Positions 34,776 through 44,600 of a stretch of DNA of 64,000 nt are shown here, piece after piece. Source of the stretch: Lingula anatina (lineage: Eukaryota; Animalia; Brachiopoda); contig CM120647.1 of NCBI GenBank assembly GCA_051362555.1, positions 17,708,651-17,772,650 on the forward strand. Reading direction: 5' to 3'. Numbering within the stretch: position 1 is the stretch's first letter; each line of letters begins with the position of its first letter. The notes beneath the pieces are model-generated. The model was not told the DNA's origin. It worked only from the letters and a program-made list of their open reading frames with translations, and did no database searches. The translations under genes and the position numbers were made by a program.

Positions 34776-35239
34776 ATAAAAATAAAGGCTACTGAAAATC
34801 AAAAGCCATAATTGTATGTTTTAACATACAATTATGGATACGCTACTTAAAAGTAGCGTATCCATCGGCAATTAATCAACAATTGAGATACAATTTGGTT
34901 TTCAAGAGCAGAGGTTCTAACAAGGCCTTTGTGATCTTCTTACAGTTCTTACAAATAAGCTGACGGTAATTACAGCGGTTGAGGATGAGCATTTTGCAAG
35001 ATTAATTATTCTGCAATACGTTTCCATACTTTTCAAATCATTTTGGAAAATTGATAGAACTCGCCAAAAGAGACTAGACAGCAAACACAGAACGTTGTTA
35101 TAACGTTACCATAACGTTTATGTAAACAAAAAACGTAACGTCATGGAAACGTTATAAAACGTTATGTGTTTCCCAGGTACTTGTACGTGTATAACTTGGG
35201 TACAAAGCAATGAGGAAAGCACGTTGCCCATCGACTTAC

Positions 35240-35420
35240 TCTGAATCTACTAGTAAGTTCCACGTATTCAGCAAAATGATATCTCCTCATGGTAACGACC
35301 CTCGCCCCCTGCTCTATCCCCTTGAACACTATCTGCACCATGCCGTAGATGTGGTAGAAGGGAAGTGCGCCTATAAAGCTGTCCTTGCCAGGGGTGACGG
35401 AAGCATAGATCCCGGAGTCG
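35240..35420 (-). CDS. Acyl-CoA synthetase alternative exon 5.3 (DSGIYASVTPGKDSFIGALPFYHIYGMVQIVFKGIEQGARVVTMRRYHFAEYVELTSRFR)
   Basis: TTTTCTCCAG acceptor, GTAAGT donor, 181 nt, phase 2-0, no stops, LPxxH motif. Not in the ORF track. Confidence 0.85.
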
Positions 35421-36031
35421 CTGGAGAAAAAGAGGGCGCTAGATGTACCGCTCTGTTTAGTTGTAGTGGCTTTTGGTCAAGCGTCAATAGTCCAGAGAGT
35501 AAGTAAGAGTGCTCTAACCATCGAGTCACCGTATAAAACGATTGGCGAAAAAAGGGTTACCTTCTCCTTCGCCATTCTTTTTTTAAATTTATTTTGGGGG
35601 GAGGGGGGTTGCAGAGGTTGGAGGATGTAAATGACTTTGATCAACACTTGATTCAACGCAGGTAGCCAGCATCAACAACAAGCCGCCGGAGATGAAGCAG
35701 TAAAGAATCACAGCAAAGCACGGCCCCATTTAAGCAAGAAACGGCTCAACTTTTGCTTCTTCGAGGAGGAAGACCACAACTCAGTGGAACGTTGTGACGT
35801 ACTGATACCGTCCAGCAGAAAGCTTTAAATTTTACCAAAAACCAAACAAGCAGCCAAAAAATTCAGTGTACACATTTTTAAAAGGCGTAAGGATATACTC
35901 AAAATTTGCAGGGGTACAGAATGGATGCGTGACGCTGAAGAAATCACTACATTTACACTAGGACGAAACTGCACGAATAGCATCAAACAGCCGATTGTAA
36001 AAAGTGTTGGTACACGTAATAAAACACTTAC

Positions 36032-36212
36032 TTTATTTTCGGTAACAATCTTCAAATAGGACTCAAGATGGAATTTTCTCACGGTCACCACCTTGAGGCA
36101 AAGTCGCAGTCCTTTAAAGAGAACGCTGGTCAAGCCAAAGATATGGAATACCGGCAGCACGCACACGTAGCAATCCTCTCCAGGCGTCACGCGCGTCTGT
36201 ATGTACGGGTTG
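36032..36212 (-). CDS. Acyl-CoA synthetase alternative exon 5.2 (NPYIQTRVTPGEDCYVCVLPVFHIFGLTSVLFKGLRLCLKVVTVRKFHLESYLKIVTENK)
   Basis: CCACCTAG acceptor, GTAAGT donor, 181 nt, phase 2-0, no stops. Confidence 0.87.
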
Positions 36213-36467
36213 CTAGGTGGGTGAATGAAATTAAAGAGCGTGATGAACGTCGCTCGTTCTTGTCAGAAGCGAATCCAAAATAAAAAGCATGCTAAAAGCC
36301 AGACTTGCGCAGCTGAAAGGGTTGAATTTCTTGCAAGCGTGCACACCAGTAGGAAACAATCATGGCTTCAATTTTTGTTGCACTTTGCTATGCCTGCACT
36401 CAAAATTTGGGCGACTAGTTCAGCGTGGGCCAATGTCCACAGCAAACCCTTTGAACTGGACACTTAC

Positions 36468-36648
36468 TTTATACTTGGTCACAATTTCAAGGTACGCAGG
36501 TAAATGAAACGTCCTCATTGTCACAATGGTGAGATATCTGTAAAGCCCTGTGAGGAGGATCACGGTTAAACCAAAGCTGTGAAAGAAGGGTAGGACCCCT
36601 ATGAGCGTCGTACTCCCGGGAGCGACGGGAGAATATAAGCCGTCCGAA
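36468..36648 (-). CDS. Acyl-CoA synthetase alternative exon 5.1 (SDGLYSPVAPGSTTLIGVLPFFHSFGLTVILLTGLYRYLTIVTMRTFHLPAYLEIVTKYK)
   Basis: TTTCTTTCTCCTCCACAG acceptor, GTAAGT donor, 181 nt, phase 2-0, no stops, VLPFFHSFG motif. Not in the ORF track in this frame. Confidence 0.87.
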
Positions 36649-37603
36649 CTGTGGAGGAGAAAGAAACGAGGGCGTCATTTAACTCCGTCAAGTGTCACGT
36701 GACAACTGTTGGTCCATGTCATACTATAGGGGTGGTTGGAAAGGAAGCCGTAGGGGTATTGATGAGCGTGCATCATGATAGATTTAAAAAAGAAAAAAAA
36801 AACGACCCATTCTTAAAAATTTAATGCTGTAAATAATGTCATTTCATGTTACATTATTGCAACTAGCACTATTCATTTTTGTTTCATAGGCTTTTGCACA
36901 ATATAAAACTATGGTCGGTTTGGGTATCTTTTTGGTCAGACATTTTGAAATATTCGAAGAGTTCATTCCGATTTTATAATAAAGCGTGTCGCATTCTTCT
37001 TATGGTTATGTATTGGCCTGTTACCACAAAAAATATTAGGCTAGAAATCGTCATTAAACTAGATCAAGAATGTTGGAAAGATTTTTTCCTCTTTATCAGG
37101 AGATCAATTTTGACCTATATTTCATGCAGAAAATGGCCTGGGAAGGCCACAAAATCCGCAAAAAATGGTGACAAAATCCCAGCTGCACTCCCATTTCACA
37201 GTATGTTTGAGCTAACTAGCGCTGAAATTCTGGACAAAAAGTTACTTGAAGCACAATAAACCTATAGTTTATATAGCTAGAGTATCAGAACCTATGCAGA
37301 CCAACTTTTTTCAGTTTCAAATTTTCTTACGTGCGTCCGAACCACAAAGGTGCTAGATTGAAATTTACCTCGCAAAAATCAAATCTTTAACTACGTCACA
37401 TTCCCGTTCCGGATAACCTAAGACCCTATATACGTTAATCTTTATTGGGTCCTAAGGATAAGTAAGTTAACCCTATGACAAGGTAGACTTCAACCAAACT
37501 TGCAGCTGAATGTACATGTAGGATTTTTGTGAGCGTGCACAGAGAGGTTGGGAAAGGAAGAAACTGGCACGCGTCGAACTTGATTGAAGACTAGTATATT
37601 TAA

Positions 37604-37838
37604 GACTGGGTTCCCATGCCTAGATCGATCTAACAGGATCGATCCATCTCCAAGGGGTTTCTCATTAAATAAATTTCAGTTTAAGTGGTTAAGATGTCTG
37701 GCACGCCTACTGAAGCTGCTAAACGATAGTTAATTACCCCCTAGCAGCTTCAGTAGGCGTGACAGCAATTTAGCGAGAATCCCATCTGAGATAGATCGAT
37801 CCACAGTTTGTGCGATAGGGTCTGGGAATGGTCCCCAA
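37604..37838. mobile_element. Diverged member of the Harbinger-like MITE family of 10169/27111
   Basis: TTCCCATG..TAGATCGATCTA ... TAGATCGATCC..CTGGGAATGG ends; internal CGCCTACT..AAGCT motif. Confidence 0.5.
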
Positions 37839-38085
37839 GCCAATGGCAGAACCAGGCGTTAGCTTAATAGGCCATGTGTACCCTCCTCTCCTTAGGTAGA
37901 CACCCCCTTCTCCCCAATTTTTCGTCCCTTGATCCAACCCGTCACAGTGAAATTGAATTCCTCTACTGTTACATATCTGCCGAAAGAAGCAATGCTATTT
38001 TTCCTTGTTGCCCACCCATCTCCAGTTAAATTCTGGATCCGCTCTTCTATACCGCAGTTTCAAATACTAATGTCACAATACTCAC

Positions 38086-38291
38086 TCTATCTGCATCAGA
38101 TTAGCCACCAAATTGTAGTGCGTTAACATGACGGGTTTGGGCATCCCTGTTGTCCCGCTAGACGACGGTAGGATAGCCACGTCCTCACGGGTGTTAAACG
38201 GGACAAACGAGGGGAACGCTATGCCGTCGTCGTTGAGAAGAACGCTGAAGGGAAACGTGCCGACAGGAGCATCGCCAACTACATACACCAC
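38086..38291 (-). CDS. Acyl-CoA synthetase exon 4 with AMP-binding P-loop (…DVAILPSSSGTTGMPKPVMLTHYNLVANLMQI)
   Basis: AAG acceptor, GTGAGT donor, 206 nt ending in phase 2; SSGTTGxPK signature. Confidence 0.93.
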
Positions 38292-38594
38292 CTTGACAAA
38301 TAATGTGAATTTTCAGATTGATGATGACTGTCAGTTAGCTAAAACTATCATATTATCCATATCGCACATTAATTGAGTGTTTAATAATAAATTCAAATCA
38401 TAATCAAGTTTCCTTGTTAAATGAAGCACTATATTCGATATCTAGTACGAGTTTACAGGGACTCGTATGCGTTTTTAGGTCACTTGCAAGAAAGACATCG
38501 ACCATTATCAAGTTTTGGTGTGTAAGCAAATTAATTAATAACGTTTTGTTGTATTTTCACGCGCAGTGTGTCAGTCTTATTGCATTTCTCTCAC

Positions 38595-38701
38595 CTTCAA
38601 GTGTCCTATTTCTCGCGCCGCGTCCTTCACCTTGCTGACGTTCTCTGGCACTGTCATGACGAACGTCGCTTTGGTGCTGCGAAGCTGGTATTCTAATTCC
38701 T
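38595..38701 (-). CDS. Acyl-CoA synthetase exon 3 (EELEYQLRSTKATFVMTVPENVSKVKDAAREIGHLK)
   Basis: TTTTGCAG acceptor, GTGAGA donor, 107 nt; frame joins exons 2 and 4. Confidence 0.9.
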
Positions 38702-39057
38702 CTGCAAAACAGAACATAAATACATGATCTATCATTTTCTTAAATCATGCAGCGAGACGAGTCTCTCTCTCATTCTCTCAACTATTATTTTTGGAGGGTC
38801 CAAATCTTAGACATTTGCACAGCTAACTGATTCTGATCTTCTTATTAAGTATAATATCGTTCAATAATATCGTTCAATCATACTTATAGTAATGATGTAT
38901 TAGTTAGTAATAACTGTAGCCATGGGTCAACAGACAAAACCACGCTGTTGGTCTTCTCGAAGGAGAGTCGAATATTTAAAAGTTTTTTTATAAATTAATA
39001 AAAGTACTATGACGTATTTGACAGTGGCTAGACACAGATTTAAGGGGCGTCCTTTAC

Positions 39058-39265
39058 CCTCGGTGTAGAGTGGATTAACGGTAGTGACCACACCACCAAT
39101 GGCTAGAGCACCCAACAACCCGAAGGCGTACTCTGGCACATTGGGGCAGTAGACGCAGAACGCGTCGTTCTTGCGGAGACCTGCTTTGAAGAGCCCGCTG
39201 CCCACTCGACGGACGTTCTGCAGGAGTTCTCTATAGGTGAACTGTTGCCCCGTCTCTCCATTTAC
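39058..39265 (-). CDS. Acyl-CoA synthetase exon 2 (VNGETGQQFTYRELLQNVRRVGSGLFKAGLRKNDAFCVYCPNVPEYAFGLLGALAIGGVVTTVNPLYTE)
   Basis: TTTAG acceptor, GTAAAG donor, 208 nt; TYxEL and NPLYT motifs of the 4CL/luciferase family. Confidence 0.93.
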
Positions 39266-40059
39266 CTAAATGAAAGGCGTCGTTTAAATTTTAAAGAAAT
39301 TAGTAAGTTTACTGTCTTCAGTTATCTCAGGTTCTGTGTACATCCTGGTCCTTTATTTTTAACTCTATGGAACAACTAACGGGGGTTTGTTGTCGAAAGT
39401 CCCTTTGTTTTTTATATTTTAGTTAGCTTTAATAATCTGCATTGAAATGCAATAACTCAAAAGATTTTTGTTAGAGTGAAAATCAGCATGTGTTCCGAAA
39501 AATGCCCAGCTTAATACGAGATTTTTTAAAATAAGTTTTGAAATTGCGTTCTAGAAGACCCTAAAAACCGATTAAATTCACCTACTCCCCCACCCCTCCA
39601 ACCCACTCAATCCACTTTTCCCCCTCAAACAGGATGCCCAAAGCAGCAGAATGACATGAATGGCAGGACACCGAATCGCTGATAAGAAGGTGTGCACTTC
39701 TTGTGAAATCAGCTTTAGTTTTGTCAGTGACCTAAATAAACTAATATGCCATGTGGAAATGCAGTGGCACGCTTTGCAGGTCGTTTGAACTATGCACAGT
39801 ACACAGCTACACCCATCAAAAAGGCATGGTACGTGTAGAGAGAGGTATATGGGTGGAGGGGATGTTAAAACGCTGTTGCACTCGGAAAGTTTAACATTCC
39901 GGGGCATTGGGATTGGAATGGGAAATAAGAGGTACAATGAAATGCATATAAGCGCCGGGGTTGGGGGGTGGGGGGGATACAATGAAACACCTGTGGTTGG
40001 AGGGGAATGGGGGTGGGGAGTGGTGGGTGCATGGGGGTAACGTTGTTACCAGTTCTTAC

Positions 40060-40179
40060 CAGCGCCACTAAGTCTCCGTATTTCTCCGCATTCTGCAACA
40101 CAAACTCTGCCAGTGACACGTTCTCCGGTATCTCCACTGAGGGGAGCTTACTCCTAACTACTCCCTGAGCGTTCGCCAT
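40060..40179 (-). CDS. 4-coumarate-CoA ligase-like / luciferase-like acyl-CoA synthetase exon 1 (MANAQGVVRSKLPSVEIPENVSLAEFVLQNAEKYGDLVAL)
   Basis: ATG in GTCATGG context, 40 codons, GTAAGA donor. The joined CDS (exons 1-4, one exon 5, 6a-11a) is 1629 nt = 542 aa + stop. Confidence 0.92.
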
Positions 40180-41602
40180 GACTTCATTAATTTACACCTA
40201 CCGCAGGCGAGGCGAAAAAATGCCGATTCATTCCCAGAGAAGAGAGACCTGGTGGGATTAACCTACGAGCTGATATCCCGGTTGATTTAACCTTGCTTCA
40301 GCAAAGAGAGACTGACTTCCAAGGTCGCGCAGATTTAGGCCTACTATCAGAAAATAAACAAAACGATCACACATGGCGGGGAAATATCAAGAGGGTATAA
40401 TTAATGTAGGTTCGTGATGTGTTTGTGTGCGTTGGTTTCTACTGACTACTGCTTTATATCTTTTAATTGAGCACAAGGATGGAAAATTTGATCGGAATAA
40501 CCCTTGCAAGAAGCAACTTTTATTCGCCTCAACCCCTTCGCGCTGTTGATGCGTTTGCTGCACTGCACATAGTTTTCTAGACAAGTGATCCGCGGGTGCT
40601 TCGCAAACACATTTGCCTTCGATATCTCTTTTCGCGCAACTACAACAGTTATAGTATTTCTCTTTAAAACCCCAGTTACTTAGATATCTATTGTGAAAAA
40701 AAAATTTTTGAGGAATTAAAAACGCAACAAGAAACAATAATAAAGGAGGTTGACGCGACATTAAAATATTGTTTTAAATAAAACTGATGATACAAGTTTC
40801 AAAAATAAATGATTGAATAGCAAACTTGAATAAGAACTTCCAAGTTTAAAAATCCATTTATCTTTAATTATTTGTCCTTAATGAATAGACTACCGTCAAT
40901 TAATTAGATAGTTCTTCATGCCAGTTATTGAAAAAAATTGACAATGAATAGGTTTTTTCCCTTTCTTAGTTAACGTAACTTATGGCATGTGGGCTTGGTC
41001 TACACAATAAAAACAACGAAACACTTTTGAAATCATTATAATTACTTTTTTATTTGAAATAACAAACAAAACGTGTGATTTCATATCTCAAACTTCCCGA
41101 TTTCCTTTTCCTCTTAATAGTCACACTGAAAACACTTTCGTAAGGACTTGAAATTCGAGGCTTATTTTCAGATATCCAACTTTTCCCGGTTGCTGAGAGT
41201 GGCTATATCCAAACAATGTTTATAACGACGTCATCAACGGAAGTAACGCATCACTCGGCGCACCTGCGTTTTAACCATTCCGCCAAAGTAGTTCTTCAAT
41301 TCCTTTACACATTTCTCCATATTTTCGGATACGAATGATTAAAATAGATATATCTCATTGAAAAAAATGCTTTTTGACGTTCACTTTATACAAGTATAGC
41401 TCACGTTAGATAAAATACGAAGAGAATAGTCACCATTTTGTTGAAATGTCCATCCGCGTATGAATGCTAATACAAGTAGTTCGAGAGGAAGAGAGGCCAA
41501 ACCGACTTGACAGTGAACATAAATTACTGCTGAATTTTGATCAATTTTAAGCATCAACTGCGATCAGTTTGGGACTAGAAGAAGAGAGGAGAGCGAAGGA
41601 TA
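40180..41602. promoter_or_regulatory. Head-to-head intergenic/promoter region (~1.4 kb between ATGs)
   Basis: Divergent ATGs at 40179 (-) and 41603 (+). ETS-like CGGAAGT (~41238), CRE-like ACGTCA/TGACGT (~41228, ~41375), YY1-like ACATGGCG (~40371) and CCATTTT (~41433). Confidence 0.45.
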
Positions 41603-41671
41603 ATGTACCAATTTCGTGTTCGGTCCCTGGTGGCCGTTCTGCTCTTGATTGGATTATGTAGCTGCGGAAAG
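41603..41671 (+). CDS. Signal-peptide exon 1 of a secreted/membrane protein, probably syndecan (MYQFRVRSLVAVLLLIGLCSCGK)
   Basis: Basic n-region, hydrophobic h-region and small residues before AAG|GTACGT donor (phase 0). Confidence 0.7.
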
Positions 41672-44600
41672 GTACGTGAAATTGCAATGCTGACAAAAAA
41701 TGTGTACGAGGTCAAAACTTGGCCCCCTTCCATTTGTGACCTAGCCTTTAAAAAACCCTCAATTAACTACTTATCAGATAAAGATCAACCAATACCTTAA
41801 ACTTTGAGTAATGTTGATCTTTAAAGAACCTTGATATATATTTTAGAGGTGTCTTATTAATATGATAAGGGTTGATCAGGAAAGGGTCATGAAGGATGCG
41901 CTGTGGCATGTTTGAGAACTTGTGTGAGTGACTCAGAGCGAGAGAGAGGGGAAAGCGTGGGGGACCTTTGTACTTGGCCTATCTCACTCATGGTCTTTAA
42001 TTGTTGGTTGAAACACTTATGATAAGGGCTTGACTGTCTTGGTCAATATTGTAAAGAAACTGAGTAAATTTAAATATTATTCATGCTATTCAAATGTACG
42101 TAGTTTAACAACCTTCCATAAGTTTTACCTGAGTATATCTTTCAGTTGTAGCAAAGTATCCCTCCCATTATTATAAACCCCAAGTTACAAAAAATTAGTA
42201 TCTAAAATTTTAATTGTCTAGTTATTAGGTTGGAGGCCAAAACTTTAATGAGAAAGAGGATATGACTGATGAACTCCATAATGGAATCAATAATTACCTA
42301 GAAAGAGGATGAAATGACATCAGAATTGACTTCTTCACTGTCTTAGAATTTTTAAGCACATAAAAGGCAGTCAAATAAATGTAGACATCAAAGTTCACAT
42401 CCTTTTTATCGACATTGATTCATTTATATTACCTGCATAACATGCTTTCCCAGTTGACTTAATGCCTAACTGTATAATAGTAAGCCATTGTTTTTGTAAT
42501 TGACCCAGAAAAACCCAAAATTGAATTTCACTCGAGAGTTAATGAAATCAACATCCCTGAAGCTGGAGTGAACAGAAAGGCCTGTGACTCTGTACATTTC
42601 AAGGTAAATGGTTCAAAGCCGTGTCTTCCTGCCAACACAAACCAGACTCTTCGCAGTGGCATAGCAGGCTGTGCTATTGATTCTTACCTATGTAAAAACA
42701 TACAGTCTGGCTGACTGTTTTGCCGTGTTTCTACCTAAGTCAGGCCGGTCTTACTTTACACACCTAACCTCAGTAGACTGTGTTGGCACATTTAAGGGCA
42801 CCACAGTTGATAAATTTAACGGTTAGTTACTCACCTCCAATATAATTGGATTGGCAGTTGGATTTGTAGTCTCAAACTGTCTGTGAAGATATAATTTTAA
42901 AAAGACCACTGATTGTGTCGTGTGGTACTGAGCAGGTTTAACCTAGATGAAAACACACCAGGTACATTGGGCTTTTAAGCATCTGTGTAAATATGCTTTA
43001 CAATACAAGCCTTGTGTAGAAAGAGCATGTAGGAGGGAAATGTATTTTATTGCCTATTTTCAACATTTTTTTCTTCTCAAATGATGTACACTTTAGGTCA
43101 AGACATTTACGTGGGTTCCACAAGTTACTTATCTTCTAAATTCACTTGTATTAGATTCTATTCCACAAGCTAGATTTTGTTTGTACTGAATATCAACTAT
43201 TAAGAGTTGGGTCTCAGCAGGATAGTTACAAAAATATCTTCATTCTCCACCTTTGATTTTTATTTTCATGTTTTATATATAAGCAGGTCAAAATCAGCCA
43301 TTTCTAGCATTTAACGTTCCATTAACTTGGCATCCAAGGAATGTTTCACGAGTAGGTTTTAATACATTGATTGAGATGTGCAGAAAAAGATCTGAATTTA
43401 AAAAAAATTAGCTTCAGGAGGTTCATATGGGTACTTCAGGACAGGTAGATGGATTTATGAAGGACCTATTCAGCCACACCTCTAAGCGTAACTATTAATT
43501 CCTTGTCTCCCGTGGAGTGATATCAATATGTGCAATGCCCCTCTTGCTGTTCTTAAAATTAAACTCTACAGCATATTGAGGATATTCATGAATACTTCCC
43601 TGCAAGGATCTTCTTACTAAGGAGAACAAAGGAATTCCTGCTTGTTTTTGTGGAAAGTGGGAGACTCCAGTTCACATCAAGACAGACTTAGTTTGGAAAT
43701 TTGGATCTGATGTCCTTAATGCCTTAAAATTTAATTTTGAAGCAGCTTGGTGGACTAAGATTAATATGTTACAGACAGATAGCTGGGAAGATTAACAATT
43801 TTTGAATGAGGACTAACAAAAGTGTTCAATACTAATCATGGGAAAAAATACATCACAGGATCAGTTCTGTTAAAGAAGAGGATATAGAAAATTGTGGTGG
43901 AATTATGTCATATTTCTGGACCTGTTAAGAAGGAAGTATGTTGGTGTCGCAAAGTGATCAGTCTTTGTTCTGTGTTTATGTAATTTACAGGAGTTGGTTG
44001 CTGTCTTTGTACACACCCAGACTTGTTATACAGGATGGAAAATTAAGGAGAGACCTTGTTTCCTCTATATTGTTCTTTTTTTCTTCTCACAAAAGATAAG
44101 AAACTGAAGATAAGTCTTTGTTTGTGTTTTTAAATTTTTCCTGTCTTCATATAGTCTTAACATTGAATGGAGTTGAGAAGCATTTATTATTGACACTCTC
44201 AAAAGGGAGGGACAACCTTGAAGCAGGAGCCATTTGTTAAAATGAAATAAATCAAGGCGATGCAGCAGGAAACCTTAACAAGGAAGGAAAAACAGTTTTT
44301 TACTTTCAACATGACTACTGCCATTTGGAAAGTGTTTTCAGATTGCAATGTAGTCATCTGATGTGGGCTGAAAGAAAAAAAGAAAAGAATTCCTAACACT
44401 CTGGTAGGCCAGTCGTTTAGAAATTTATACAAATTCAGATGCAGTTGGACCTCTGCTACTCAGCTTTCAGTTTTATCCGCAGATCTGGCTTGAGCCAACA
44501 CTTGGCTGTAAATATTAGTAACTCCAGTTTTCATTTTGAAATACATACTAGTAAATATAAAATTTATAAAGCTATCCGTCTTCACCAGAGTGCAGTCTTG

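Noticed and set aside
33239-34802. ORFs 33239-33580 and 34350-34802 with VAVAVV repeats
   Set aside because: These are translations of a repeat element and its (GACGGC)n microsatellite.
23463-40179. Calling the enzyme a true luciferase or a true plant-type 4CL
   Set aside because: The motifs establish only the ANL/4CL-like family. Such peroxisomal acyl-CoA synthetases are widespread in non-luminous animals, and substrate cannot be read from sequence.
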